A DNA stretch of 64,000 nt from Alphaproteobacteria bacterium (GCA_965261735.1 OZ253470.1:3264001-3328000), one strand, 5' to 3'; positions 12,097-22,764 are shown, counted from the first letter of the stretch. The notes: generated from the letters alone by a model not told the origin. Numbers and translations are program-made.

Positions 12097-13125
12097 CTAG
12101 CGGATCGGGGGCGAATAGAGGATGCCGCCGTCTTTGTAGAGGGCGTTGAGACCCCGCGCCAGACCGAGCGCGGTGTTGGGACCGAGATATCTGTCGAAGA
12201 TCTCCGCGTAGTTGCCCTCCGCCGCGATGGCGCGGACCGCCCATTGCGCGTCGAGGCCGAGCATCTCCCCCATCGAGCCGTCGGCGCCGAGCATGCGCTT
12301 GACTTCGGGAATGTCGGTTCCCATGGCCATATCCGCGACATTGGCCTGGGTCACGCCGAGTTCCTCGGCGGTGATCAGCGCGTTCAACACCCAGCGCGCG
12401 ATATCGGCCCACTGGTCGTCGCCATGGCGCACCAGCGGCCCCAGCGGCTCCTTCGAGATGATCTCCGGGAACACCATATGCGCGGCGGCGTCGGCGAAGG
12501 TCGCCTTGGTCGCGGCGAGGCCCGAGGCGTCCGTCGTATAGACGTCGCAGCGCTCCGCTTCGTAGGCGGCGCGCGCCTCGGCGTTGGTCTCGATCGGCAC
12601 CGGCTCGTAGGACAGGTTGTTGACGCGGATGAAGTCCGCGAGGTTGAGCTCGGTGGTGGTGCCGGTCTGAATGCAGATCGAGGCGCCGTCGAGCTCCTTG
12701 GCGCTCATTATGCCAAGCGCCTTGCGGCCGATGAAGCCCTGGCCGTCATAGTAGCTGACGCCAATGAAGGTGAAGCCGAGGTCGGCATCGCGCGACAGCG
12801 TCCAGGTCGTGTTGCGCGACAGCACGTCGATCTCGCCCGAAGCCAGCGCCGGGAACCGGGTCTTACCGGTCAGGTTGACGTAGGAGACCTTGTCCGCATC
12901 GCCCAGCACGGCGGCGGCCAGCGCCCGGCAATAGGCGACGTCGAAGCCGGTCCAGTTGCCCTCGTCGTCGGTGAAGGCGAAGCCCGGCAGGCCCGTGTTG
13001 ATGCCGCATTTGAGCGTGCCTGCGGCCTTCATGTCGTCGAGAGTCGCTGCCTGGCCCGGCATCACGCCTGCGACCATGAGCGCACCGACCGCCGCGATGG
13101 CGGCGGCAACCATTCTAAACCCCAT
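12097..13125 (-). CDS. aapJ: General L-amino acid ABC transporter substrate-binding protein (AapJ/BztA)
   Basis: Signal peptide; LSRNTTWTLSRD, GTTTELNL, ISKEPLGP, GNYAEIFDR. Confidence 0.92.
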   Translation of the reverse strand: MGFRMVAAAIAAVGALMVAGVMPGQAATLDDMKAAGTLKCGINTGLPGFAFTDDEGNWTGFDVAYCRALAAAVLGDADKVSYVNLTGKTRFPALASGEIDVLSRNTTWTLSRDADLGFTFIGVSYYDGQGFIGRKALGIMSAKELDGASICIQTGTTTELNLADFIRVNNLSYEPVPIETNAEARAAYEAERCDVYTTDASGLAATKATFADAAAHMVFPEIISKEPLGPLVRHGDDQWADIARWVLNALITAEELGVTQANVADMAMGTDIPEVKRMLGADGSMGEMLGLDAQWAVRAIAAEGNYAEIFDRYLGPNTALGLARGLNALYKDGGILYSPPIR

Positions 13126-13713
13126 TCCTGCCCTCCAGTTTCAGATTTGCATAGTACGGGTGCCGGACCGCGCACAGCCAGCAAAGAAGAATCATAAGCA
13201 TATTGCAAATTGTTGTAAATAAGCAAGTTTTTGGTATTAAGGATATTTACACTGGGATTCCCCAGATTGCTTCTCCCAGCCGCCGACAATGATAGCAGAA
13301 TGGGCATCCGACCGCAATCCGCCGTCAAAGCTGTTGAGCGCCCAGGTGGCGCTACCGCCGCTGTCGAAAACTGACGCCCACCGCGACCGCGCCCACCGCC
13401 TGATAGACGATGGCAGGCTCCATTCCAGCGGAACCTCGCCACCATCGTCCACGATACAAAGCGCGAGCGTGTGAATGCCAACAGCCAATGCTGCGTAATA
13501 AGCCTTTCATCTCCCTCTTCGATCACCTCGTCACTATGAGGCTGAGGGAGCTTGACCCGTTTTCGGTCTAGCCCGATTACGAATGCTTTACCTCCAGACC
13601 TGGACATAAAACTGCGGCGCAAAAGGCGCTCTTTTGTATGCTGAACGCCTGGGCGACGCGACCACCTTCGAAGACGAAAGAAGTGCACTCGAAAGTTGGC
13701 TAACGGGCTCGCA

Positions 13714-14469
13714 TCACGGCGGTAGCTCGTCGCCATTCCACTGGTAGAGGTTGCCGCTATCCGTGAGCGTCAAACGATCGATCAGCGCCCGCATTCCGCG
13801 GATGCTCTCGACCGGATCGAGCAAAATATCCTCTCTGTCTCCAGGTCCAAGACCGGCGCGTCCCAATACAGTATTCGCCCAACCTGGGTTAATCGATACC
13901 ACGATGACGCCCTGATCCTTGAGATAGCCGGACATGCTTTTGGCCAACATGTTGATGGCCGCTTTCGTCGTGCGGTAGACGTGTTTTTCATCACCCCACA
14001 CCAGCGAACCTCCGCCGGGCGTGGAGATACTCGATAGCGTGCTGGCCATTGTTATCATTATCCGCCGGTTCGAACACGCAACATGCGGCGTAAAGGCTTC
14101 GGACATTTTGCACGTGCCGAACAGGTTACCCTCCATGGCCCACCGCCATTTCTCGTAATTGGTCTGGCCCCACGGGTCGGACATTTCAAAATCGGTCCCC
14201 ACGCCGCCCGCGACGCCCGCATTGTTGCAGAGGACGTCGATCGCCTCGTCTTTGAGTTCGCCGGCGAGCGCCTCAATTGCGGCGTGATCGGCGACATCCA
14301 GCTTGTGGATTGTGATCCGACCATCCGCATTGTTTGCGAGCAGAGTGAGCTCGTCGGCTTTGTCCGGGTTGCGGCAACACGCCCGGATGCGCCACCCTGC
14401 CTGATCGAGCTGGCGTACCCATTCGAGGCCGAGCCCCCGATTGGCACCGGTAATAAGCATCGTATCCAT
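13714..14469 (-). CDS. Short-chain dehydrogenase/reductase (CsgA/C-factor-like)
   Basis: ITGANRGLG, NNAG, YRTTK. Confidence 0.85.
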   Translation of the reverse strand: MDTMLITGANRGLGLEWVRQLDQAGWRIRACCRNPDKADELTLLANNADGRITIHKLDVADHAAIEALAGELKDEAIDVLCNNAGVAGGVGTDFEMSDPWGQTNYEKWRWAMEGNLFGTCKMSEAFTPHVACSNRRIMITMASTLSSISTPGGGSLVWGDEKHVYRTTKAAINMLAKSMSGYLKDQGVIVVSINPGWANTVLGRAGLGPGDREDILLDPVESIRGMRALIDRLTLTDSGNLYQWNGDELPP

Positions 14470-14824
14470 TGCTAGTCCCGCCCTACTTGCCGATCTATCT
14501 CCTAAACAATATGCAATGCGCTACGGCCCTACCAGGAAGTATCGAGCCGTCCCAGTGAAACAGCCTCCCGCAGTCTTCGACGGTAACGTTTTCAGCCCGG
14601 GGTGCGTAAGCGGCACGCCGACAGCGTTGTAGACGGCCAAGGCGTACTGATCGAGGATCAGGAAGACCAGGGCGGTCGCTGCCTGAACCGACGTCCACAC
14701 GCTCTACCCGAGCTTTGCGCCCGTATGGATGCGTGCTTCACCGGGCGTTATTCCGGCGGCGTTTGGGCGGACAACGTAACGATGTGTTTCAGTCTTGCCA
14801 CGGCGATGTAATCAGGTGGACAAA

Positions 14825-14859
14825 AAGCCGGGCCCCCAGGTAATCCCAGGGCCCGGCTT
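14825..14859 (-). terminator. Intrinsic terminator
   Basis: AAGCCGGGCCC/GGGCCCGGCTT stem followed by a T run on the minus strand, downstream of 14926-15930. Confidence 0.65.
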
Positions 14860-14925
14860 ATAGGAAATTCGGTTGGCTGCCGCTAAGTGCGAGCCGCCAA
14901 ACGCTTTCTCAGTGCTGCGTGCGGC

Positions 14926-15930
14926 TTATTGAACGTAGTCATTTGTGAACACATCGGCCGGCTTGATGTCTTTTGGTACCAATCCGACATCGGCCATCAG
15001 CGCCAGGCTCGATTTCCACGCCGCCGGCTCCATATATCCCGCCGGTTTGTCCTTGGGCGAGGCGAACAAGGGTTGATACATCTGGAGCTGCTTAAGCGAC
15101 GTATCGCGATTGATCTTATTGTCCGGACGCGCCGCGAAGATCGCATCGAGGCCTTCGGCCTGGTGACCATTGATCACGTATTGGAAGGCCTTCATGGTTA
15201 CTTTCACAAATGTGCGGATATCGTCTGGTCGTTTCTTAAGCGCTTCGTCACTCGAGATTAGACCCCAACCGGGCAACACCATCCCAGTTTCGTAGAGCAT
15301 AAAAAAATCGGACGGCCGTTCCTTTTCGATGAGGGGAATGGCATAGGCGGGCACCGTCGTCATCGCCATGTTTCCGGTGCCAATGATGTAGCTCGACATC
15401 TTCGCCGCCGGCGAAACAGCCGTGAGCTTTGCTTTGTGCACATCCGAGCCGCTCATCCTGAAAATGGTTTCGAACAACGGCGCCCATGCATCACCGGTGC
15501 TCATGATGATGATCGCGCCCGCATCGACGAGATCCTTTGGTGTTTTCCAGTTCTTCCCCTTCGGAAAGACGAAACCCAAATCGGACTTCTGCGCCATCGC
15601 CGCGATCACCTTCACGGGTACACCCTTGCCCCGCGCGATGGCTGCTGTGCTGAGGTTTATGCAACCGCCAATGTCGAATCTACCGGCCGCGACCAGTTGA
15701 ATACCGACCGCAGAGCCTTTGCCATCTTCGATCTCCACCGTAAGACCGGCATCTTTGTACCAACCTTTCTGGTTGGCCAAATGATACCAGGAATGAATGC
15801 CGCTCGGCAGCCATTCGAGTTTTACCCGGATCGGATCGGCCGCCTGTACCGGCGCCGCTGCCAATATGCCAAGCGATGCGGCGACCAAAACACCACCCAA
15901 CAGACGCGAGCCGTGCCAAAAACGATGCAT
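14926..15930 (-). CDS. ABC substrate-binding protein, NMT1/THI5 (SsuA/TauA-like) family; no permease nearby
   Basis: Signal peptide; LEWLPSGIH, GWYKDAGLTVEI, GKGS, C-terminal DVFTNDYV. Confidence 0.8.
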   Translation of the reverse strand: MHRFWHGSRLLGGVLVAASLGILAAAPVQAADPIRVKLEWLPSGIHSWYHLANQKGWYKDAGLTVEIEDGKGSAVGIQLVAAGRFDIGGCINLSTAAIARGKGVPVKVIAAMAQKSDLGFVFPKGKNWKTPKDLVDAGAIIIMSTGDAWAPLFETIFRMSGSDVHKAKLTAVSPAAKMSSYIIGTGNMAMTTVPAYAIPLIEKERPSDFFMLYETGMVLPGWGLISSDEALKKRPDDIRTFVKVTMKAFQYVINGHQAEGLDAIFAARPDNKINRDTSLKQLQMYQPLFASPKDKPAGYMEPAAWKSSLALMADVGLVPKDIKPADVFTNDYVQ

Positions 15931-16228
15931 TGTTCATCCCTCTGCTAAGTTATGAAACCAGCATAGGGACTTACCATGGTGAAGAAAAGTGATTTCGCCA
16001 CCGTCGACAAGGCGGCCTATCACGGTGCCGACTACCCCGACGGGTTCGAACCGGGCCTCCGGTATCGCGATCGGCACGGACCAGCGGGCTAGGGTCGCGG
16101 TGCTCACGGCAATTCCCGCCAATTCCAGGTGAATACCGTCCCGCACGGCCGGCAACATTGCCTCGGCAGGCAATCCGAACTACTGTCTCCTCGCAAACCG
16201 GGGTTCATTTGGGAATGTCGGTTAGATC

Positions 16229-16530
16229 ATGAAGGCCCAAGCACTGGGGATCGTCACTCGTCGCGACGTCGACGCCTTCGAGCGCGACGCCGAAACTGGC
16301 GACTGTATCGTCAATCATCTGCTCACGGTTCATTGGGAGCCGGGGAATCATACGAATGGGAGCCGTCGGGCTGTCGTCTACCGCCTAGCCGGCGACGACG
16401 TCGTGTGCGTCGAGCGCGGACCAGGCCGATCCAAACCGAAATACGATCGGGCCTGAACCCAGGCGATCCGATTCCTGCCGATCACGACCAGTTCCCGACG
16501 ATTTGGCCGCGCAATGGGAGATCATCATGA
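16229..16530 (+). pseudogene. Internally deleted, frameshifted PhyH-family dioxygenase paralog
   Basis: DAFERD fused directly to ETGDCIV...VH..PGN...RRAV.YRL.GDD, then FPTIWPR in another frame; matches both ends of the next gene. Confidence 0.75.
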
Positions 16531-17429
16531 ACCGCAACATGCCGAGACCGCTGAGCAGAGACGAACTCGATGCCTTCGAGCGCGATGGCGTCGCCCTGGT
16601 GAAGGGTATGTTCGATGCCGATTGGATCGAGCGAATGAGCGCGGCCCTCGACGTCATCCTCGACACGCCGAGCGAGCGCATGGGCGACCTCAACCCGGAA
16701 GGAAAGCCGGGAAAGTTCGTGTATGACAATTACATCTGGACGTTCAACGACGAGTTCCGTGCATTGGCGTGCGATTCTCCAGTCCCGGAGATCGCAGCGG
16801 CGGCGATGAACTCGGAGCGGGTCAACCTGCTCTACGATTTCGTTCTCGTTAAAGAGCCGAATTCGCCGCACGGTGAAACCCGCTGGCACCAGGATACCTA
16901 CGGCAACCCTTGCGAGGGAAACCAGACGATGGGGTTGTGGTTGTCGCTCGACCACGTAACGGCAGAGAGCGGTGCGGTCGAATGGGTGCGCGGTTCTCAC
17001 CTCTCGGGCCGGCGCTTCGAGCCAACGACAACCGGCGATCCCGATCGGCATTCCTTCCTGAGTGGCCACGACGCCGACGTCGCGTCCGCGCGTCCTGAGG
17101 ACCAGGTTGAGCCGATGCCCGATATTAAGAACAATCGCGACGACTACGACATCATCTCGTTCGAAACCGAGCCGGGCGATTGCCTGATCGCCAAACTCGG
17201 TCTTCTTCATGGCGCACCCGGCAATGTGACGGACCGGCGCCGGCGTGCGATTGGCTATCGGCTCGTCGGTGACGATGCGTGGTATGCGGTGCGCGCGACG
17301 GCGCGCTCGATCCGGCCGTACACCAGCCCCGGGCTGGAACACGGTGAGGCATTTCCTGCCGACGCCAATCACAGCGTGTTCCCAATGATTTGGCCGCGGC
17401 CGCACGCGCACGAAGCCGCCGCCGAGTAA
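16527..17429 (+). CDS. Phytanoyl-CoA dioxygenase (PhyH) family Fe(II)/2OG oxygenase
   Basis: AFERDG, WHQD, GSH, EPGDCL, distal His in LLHG, RRA. Confidence 0.88.
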   Translation: MNRNMPRPLSRDELDAFERDGVALVKGMFDADWIERMSAALDVILDTPSERMGDLNPEGKPGKFVYDNYIWTFNDEFRALACDSPVPEIAAAAMNSERVNLLYDFVLVKEPNSPHGETRWHQDTYGNPCEGNQTMGLWLSLDHVTAESGAVEWVRGSHLSGRRFEPTTTGDPDRHSFLSGHDADVASARPEDQVEPMPDIKNNRDDYDIISFETEPGDCLIAKLGLLHGAPGNVTDRRRRAIGYRLVGDDAWYAVRATARSIRPYTSPGLEHGEAFPADANHSVFPMIWPRPHAHEAAAE

Positions 17430-17539
17430 CCTCTCCGGCGCCTCGTTTGACGCTTATCGGGGCGCCACCTAGCATGCCCGGACCCTGGCAAGGGCAATAA
17501 TGATTAAGAGATAGTCTGAGGGGGTAGTGCCCGTCAGCA

Positions 17540-18055
17540 AAATGCCGCAGTTGGGTCACGAGCTGCCGTACACCGATTACGCCTGGCACGTCCGGACCTG
17601 CGGGTGAACCGGAAGGAAACGCCCCGAAAGCGGAAGTCGGCGTTGGAGAGTCCGCATTTGAAGGTGGACCGGACGGACCGCGAGCATGCCCGTTAGGTCC
17701 GGGGTTAGCCAGGAGCGGAAATTCGCGCTAGCCACCGAGAACGGCTCACTGCTCTGGTAGTCCCGCCCTTAGAAGACCGTCCCTGTGGTGCGTGCGGTCT
17801 TCGTCGCTAAGGTAGTGCATGGTCACCATGTGAGCATCGACAGTGAAGTCCGGGGCGCGACCCAATACCTCTCTGCTGTGCGCCGGCGCAGGCTGAACTA
17901 GCGCACCAGAAAGTATCGGCCTCCGTGGTGCCCCGCCTCGCGCGGGGCTTCTCTTTTGGTGCCCGCTATATCAAGCTCCGCATGTCGCTTAGGGTCAAGA
18001 CTGGCACTCCCGTGGCCGGTCTCTGAAGGTCTGCAATGGGGTCGCAAGAAACCTT
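17540..18055. repeat. Cluster of degenerate short palindromic intergenic units (GTCCG-N~15-CGGA type)
   Basis: gtccggacctgcgggtgaaccgga, gtccgcatttgaaggtggaccggac, gtccggggttagccaggagcgga in a noncoding stretch. Confidence 0.4.
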
Positions 18056-18078
18056 CAGTTAGTAAGTACACGCTCTAG

Positions 18079-19451
18079 CAGGCTGCTAAAAAAGTCCTCG
18101 CCTTTGCAGTTGTGACATGATTCTGTGATTCCTTCGAGTGATGGAGGATGGCATGCGGGGTCGAGATCAAAGCAGTGGCAATTTATTCAGCTACGTAGAC
18201 TTGGAAGAGCGTGTTCCGGATGATCATCCGCTGCGTCTGATCCGTGAGATCGTGAACGACGTATTGGGGTCTCTATCTTCGGAGTTCGAGACGCTTTATT
18301 CCCACATGGGTCGCCCATCGATCCCGCCGGAGAAGCTTCTTCGAGCGTTACTGTTGCAGGCGTTTTATTCGATCTGCTCGGAGCGTCAGCTGATGGAGCA
18401 GCTAAACTTCAACATGCTGTTTTGCTGGTTTGTGGGGCTTGGGCTGGACGATGGCGTGTGGGACGCCAGCGCGTTCTGCCACAACCGGGACCGTCTTCTG
18501 GAGGCGGAGGTTTCGGGGCAGCTGCTTGCGGGGGTTATCCAGCACCACAAGGTAGGGGGACTATTGAGCCGGGATCATTTTTCGGTAGACGGAACATTGA
18601 TCGAGGCCTGGGCGTCGATGAAGAGCTTTCGTCCCAAAGGTGAGGACGATGGCGACGGGGGATCGGGGCGCAACGCCGCGCGGGATTTTCATGGCGAGAA
18701 ACGCTCGAACGCGACCCATGCAAGCACCACTGATCCGGACGCCCGGCTTTATCGCAAGGGTAATGGCCGGGAAAGCAAGCTGTGTTACATGGGCCATGCG
18801 CTGACGGAGAACCGCCATGGTCTGGCAGTCGGCGGCGGCGTGACCATTGCGTCGGGCACGGCGGAACGCGAAGCCGCCCTTGATCTGATCGACAGGCATC
18901 GCCCGGTGGAGAGTAGAGGCGGGCGGCGTCGGATCACGGTGGGCGGGGACAAGGGTTTTGACGTCGCGGATTTTGTCGAGGAACTGCGGCACCGCAAGGT
19001 GACCCCCCATATCGCCGTCCAGGACCACGTCACCAAGACCGGCAAGCGGCGCAAGACCAAGATAGACGGGCGCACGACGCGCCATCCCGGTTACGGCGTC
19101 AGCCAACGTTGCCGCAAGCGCATCGAGGAGGTCTTCGGCTGGGTCAAGACGAGCGCGGGATTGAGCAAGACCAAATTCCGGGGCCGCCACCGGGTCGACG
19201 CTTCGTTCACCCTGGCCTTGGCCGCCTACAACCTCGTCCGACTACCCAGACTGCTGGCGGAGGCGCCAACATGACGGGCGATACCGGCACGCCGCTGACC
19301 GCAAAGTGGCAGATCATCGAACTGGACGAAGCCCAGGGCATCGGATCGGTCGAGATTGAAGACGGTTTCACCCTAAGACACGAAATCTCATTTCATTTCG
19401 GCGATGAATCCGAGTTCAAGGCCCGGCAATGATGACTTTTTCAGCACCCTG
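18079..19451 (+). mobile_element. IS5-family element; transposase 18153-19274
   Basis: IRs CAGGCTGCTAAAAAAGTC/GACTTTTTCAGCACCCTG; CTAG TSD at 18075-18078 and 19452-19455; GRPSIPPE, VDGTLI, GDKGFD, RKRIEEVFGW. Confidence 0.93.
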
Positions 19452-20141
19452 CTAGAACGCTTCGACCCAGGGGCGGAGCTCGATCTCCCAGGCCCAGGCG
19501 CTGCGGGCCTGCGCGTGCAGCTGGTAGTAGGACTCGGCGATGGCGTCGGGATCGAGGCGTGCCTCGCCCGCGTCGCGCCCGATGCCGCCATCGACGACCA
19601 CGTGGGCGACGTGGAGGCCCTTCGGCGCGAGCTCGCGGGCCATGCTTTGCGCCAGCGCGCGCAGCCCGAACTTGCCGACGGCAAAGCCGGCGGACAGGGC
19701 GAAGGCCTTGACGCTGGCGGTGGCGCCGGTGAACAGGATGGTGCCGTGGCCGCGCGCGAGCATACGCTTGGCGGCCTCGCGGCCCATAAGAAAGCCGCCC
19801 AGGCAGGCGCCGCGCCAGGCGTGCTCGAATTCATCCGCGCCGATGTCGACGATGCTTTTGCGCACGCGGCCGCTCGCGTTGTAGACGGCGACCTCGAGCG
19901 GCCCGAGCTCGTCCTCGACGCGGGCCATGAGCCCGGCGACCGCCGTCTCGTCGGTGCCGTCGGCCGCATAGGCGCGGGCGGTGCCGCCGGCGGCCGCGAT
20001 CTCGTCGACGAAAGCACCGAGCTTGGCCTCGTTTCGCGCCGACAGCGCGACGCTCATGCCGGCGGCGGCAAAGCGGCGGCCGAGCGCGGCGCCCAGGCCT
20101 GGCCCGACGCCGACGATCAGTGCGCTTCCTTGATCAGCCAT
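19452..20141 (-). CDS. Short-chain dehydrogenase/reductase
   Basis: GVGPGLG, FTGATAS, FAVGKFGLR, WEIELRP. Confidence 0.88.
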   Translation of the reverse strand: MADQGSALIVGVGPGLGAALGRRFAAAGMSVALSARNEAKLGAFVDEIAAAGGTARAYAADGTDETAVAGLMARVEDELGPLEVAVYNASGRVRKSIVDIGADEFEHAWRGACLGGFLMGREAAKRMLARGHGTILFTGATASVKAFALSAGFAVGKFGLRALAQSMARELAPKGLHVAHVVVDGGIGRDAGEARLDPDAIAESYYQLHAQARSAWAWEIELRPWVEAF

Positions 20142-20177
20142 GTCTGTCCTCCTTGAACTTGAAAATGCCGGTGCCCC

Positions 20178-20609
20178 TCACGCGAGCAGAAAGTGGCCGT
20201 GCGCGGCCGCGATCCGGGTTGTGCGCTCCTCCTGCCACGCCTCGATGCGCACGTTGGCCACGCGCCGCCCCTGGCGCGTGATCGTGCCGTGAGCGAAGGC
20301 ATCGATTGGCCGGCCCGGCGTGAGGAAATCGATCGACATGTTGATGGTCTTGGGGATGCTCGCGTCCTCCATCTCCCAGATCAGGTGGAAGATCGCGGTG
20401 CTTTCGAGGAGCGCCCCGATGACGCCGCCGTGGAGCGCCGGTAGCACCGGGTTACCGATGTTGCGTGCGTTGTAGGCGAGCCGGCACACCAGGCCCTCCG
20501 GGCCGACCTCCAGCGACAACCCGAGAAAGCGCGCGTAAGGGACGGCGGCCATCAGCTGCTGTGGATCGCGAGCCGCCTTTGCGGCGGTGATGGCGTCGCC
20601 GAGCGCCAC
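20178..20609 (-). CDS. PaaI-family thioesterase
   Basis: GNPVLPALHGGVIGALLE, SIDFL. Confidence 0.88.
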   Translation of the reverse strand: MALGDAITAAKAARDPQQLMAAVPYARFLGLSLEVGPEGLVCRLAYNARNIGNPVLPALHGGVIGALLESTAIFHLIWEMEDASIPKTINMSIDFLTPGRPIDAFAHGTITRQGRRVANVRIEAWQEERTTRIAAAHGHFLLA

Positions 20610-20612
20610 GGC

Positions 20613-21068
20613 CTAGGTCGTGCCCTCGACCGGGGCGCCGACATTGAGTATGAACGTGCCGACGCTGTTGGCGACCGGCTCGTCACTGTCGGCGTGATAG
20701 GCCTCGGCGCGGGCGAAGGCGATGTGGCGCGTGACCTTGTAGCACGTGGCGCGCGCCAAGAGATCGCGGTGGGGCGTCGCCGGCCGCAGATAGTCGATGC
20801 GCAGATCGAGGGTCATGATCGGCACCGGCCGCTCGAGCGAGATCAGAACGGCGACGCCGCAGGCCGTGTCGACCAGCGTCGTGATCACGCCGCCATGCAA
20901 GACCCCCGAATCGGGATTGCCGACCAGCCATTCCTGCCACGGCAGGCTGAGGACGGCATGATCGCCCTCGGCCTCGATAAGATCGATGCCGAGCTCCTCG
21001 ACGTGGGGTATGGCGATCGGCGAGCGCCGCCGGGACGCGCTCGGTGGGGCTGGTTTGCGCGGGGCCAT
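20613..21068 (-). CDS. PaaI-family thioesterase
   Basis: VGNPDSGVLHGGVITTLVD, TLDLRIDYLRPA; ATG at 21068. Confidence 0.88.
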   Translation of the reverse strand: MAPRKPAPPSASRRRSPIAIPHVEELGIDLIEAEGDHAVLSLPWQEWLVGNPDSGVLHGGVITTLVDTACGVAVLISLERPVPIMTLDLRIDYLRPATPHRDLLARATCYKVTRHIAFARAEAYHADSDEPVANSVGTFILNVGAPVEGTT

Positions 21069-21087
21069 GGCAGCTCGGCCTGCCGCC

Positions 21088-22068
21088 CTAGAGGCCGTGG
21101 TAGTCGCGGTACCAGGCGACGAACTTGGGAACGCCGTCGTCGATGGTGTGCTTGGGCGCAAAACCGACGAGCTCCTGCAGCGGCGCGATGTCGGCATACG
21201 TCTCCTTGACGTCCGCCGGCGGCATCGGCTCCAGGATGAGCTCGGCTTTGCGTCCGGTCTCCTTCTCGATGAGCTCGATCAGATGCGACAGGTGCTCGAC
21301 CCGGTTGTTGCCGATGTTGAAGACGCGGTGCGGCACCTCATCGTCGGCAATTACCGGCGGGTGGTCGAGCACCGCCACGGTGCCGGCGACGATATCGTCG
21401 ATGTACGTGAAATCGCGCCGCATGTCGCCGTTGTTGAAGACGTGGATGGGCTCGCCGGCGTAGATCGCCTTGGTAAAGATATAGAGCGCCATGTCGGGGC
21501 GGCCCCACGGCCCGTAGACGGTGAAGAAGCGCAGCCCCGTCTGGGGGAAGCGGTAGAGGTGGGCATAGCACTGGCTCATCAGCTCGTCGGCCCGCTTGGT
21601 CGCGGCATAGAGCGACTTCGGCAGCTCCACGCGATCGTGTGTGCTGAAGGGCAGCTTGGTATTGGCGCCGTAGACCGAGCTCGAGCTCGCATAGACCAGG
21701 TGCTCGAGCGCGGGTAGCCGCCGGCATAGCTCAAGGATCACCAAATGTCCGGTCAGGTTCGTCTCGAGATAGGCGAACGGGTGATCGATCGAGTAGCGCA
21801 CGCCGGCCTGGGCGGCGAGGTGGACGACACGGTCGATGTCGGTACGGTCGTGAAACTCGGCCGCCATCGCCTCGCGATCGGAGATATCGAGACGCAAGAT
21901 CGTGAACCCCGCGTGCCGCTCGAGGCGTGCGAGCCGGGCCTCCTTGAGCGCGACGTCGTAGTAGGGGCTGAGGTTGTCGACGCCAATCACGCTCTCGCCG
22001 CGGGCAAGAAGCGCCTCGCACAAGTGATAGCCTATGAACCCGGCGACACCGGTAACGAGCATCGTCAT
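21088..22068 (-). CDS. UDP-glucuronate 4-epimerase-like NAD-dependent epimerase
   Basis: VTGVAGFIG, LAAQAGVRYS, YAATK, RFFTVYGPWGRPDMA. Confidence 0.9.
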   Translation of the reverse strand: MTMLVTGVAGFIGYHLCEALLARGESVIGVDNLSPYYDVALKEARLARLERHAGFTILRLDISDREAMAAEFHDRTDIDRVVHLAAQAGVRYSIDHPFAYLETNLTGHLVILELCRRLPALEHLVYASSSSVYGANTKLPFSTHDRVELPKSLYAATKRADELMSQCYAHLYRFPQTGLRFFTVYGPWGRPDMALYIFTKAIYAGEPIHVFNNGDMRRDFTYIDDIVAGTVAVLDHPPVIADDEVPHRVFNIGNNRVEHLSHLIELIEKETGRKAELILEPMPPADVKETYADIAPLQELVGFAPKHTIDDGVPKFVAWYRDYHGL

Positions 22069-22128
22069 GCGCTGGTTGGGTGCACGTGAGGAACTGGCGC
22101 GCCACCATAGCAAACGAAGTCAACGCCG

Positions 22129-22734
22129 TCAGTCCGGTCCGGCAGTTTCTTCCAGCGCGGCGGACCGCGCCCTGGTGACGTAGCGCTGCAGTTGCTCGCG
22201 AATGCCCGTTGGCCATTCCGCGATGCGTTGGGCAAAAGCCTCGAAGTCCTGCGCGAACAACGCGCGCGATGCTTCCTCGAAGCCCGGTAGGTCGCCCGCC
22301 ATGTCCCACATGAAGCAATGCGCCGCATCGATGGCCTTGCGGGTCCGCTCCTGCGCCGCGTTCCCTTTCCGCGCCGTGTCGACCAGCCTGCGCAGGGCCG
22401 CGGACGCCCCGCCGCGTTGCTCGGCGAGCCAACTCCAGTGGCGGGGTAGGAGCGACACCTCGCGAGAGACGACACCCAGCTTGGGTCGCCCAGGCCCGCG
22501 TTTCCGGGGCGGCGCGATCAAGGGGTGGTCGGCGAGCTTCGCCAGAACCTCCGCCTTCTCGCCCGAAAAATCGATGTCCACCGGCCGCCCGGTCTCATCG
22601 TCGAACACGGCGATCCGCTCGTCCGGCCGGCGGTCGAGCCGATCCTTGCTGCGGCGCACGACATCGGCCAGGTCAGCTCTGGCAATAACGTCAGCTCCGG
22701 CAAAGGCCGCGAACATTTTCGGCTCGGAGGTCAC
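22129..22734 (-). CDS. DUF2239 family protein (likely GTG start at 22734)
   Basis: FDDETGRPVDID, RGPGRPKLGVVSREVSLLPRHW, GDLPGFEEASRALFA. Confidence 0.85.
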   Translation of the reverse strand: MTSEPKMFAAFAGADVIARADLADVVRRSKDRLDRRPDERIAVFDDETGRPVDIDFSGEKAEVLAKLADHPLIAPPRKRGPGRPKLGVVSREVSLLPRHWSWLAEQRGGASAALRRLVDTARKGNAAQERTRKAIDAAHCFMWDMAGDLPGFEEASRALFAQDFEAFAQRIAEWPTGIREQLQRYVTRARSAALEETAGPD

Positions 22735-22764
22735 TCGTCGTCCTATCTCTTTCGCCCCGGGCAT

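Noticed and set aside
13130-13260. Sigma54 promoter for aapJ
   Set aside because: The GGCAC...TGC candidate does not have GG-N10-GC spacing
22735-22764. ATG at 22764 as the DUF2239 start
   Set aside because: It lies directly against the -10 box; GTG at 22734 has an AGGA SD
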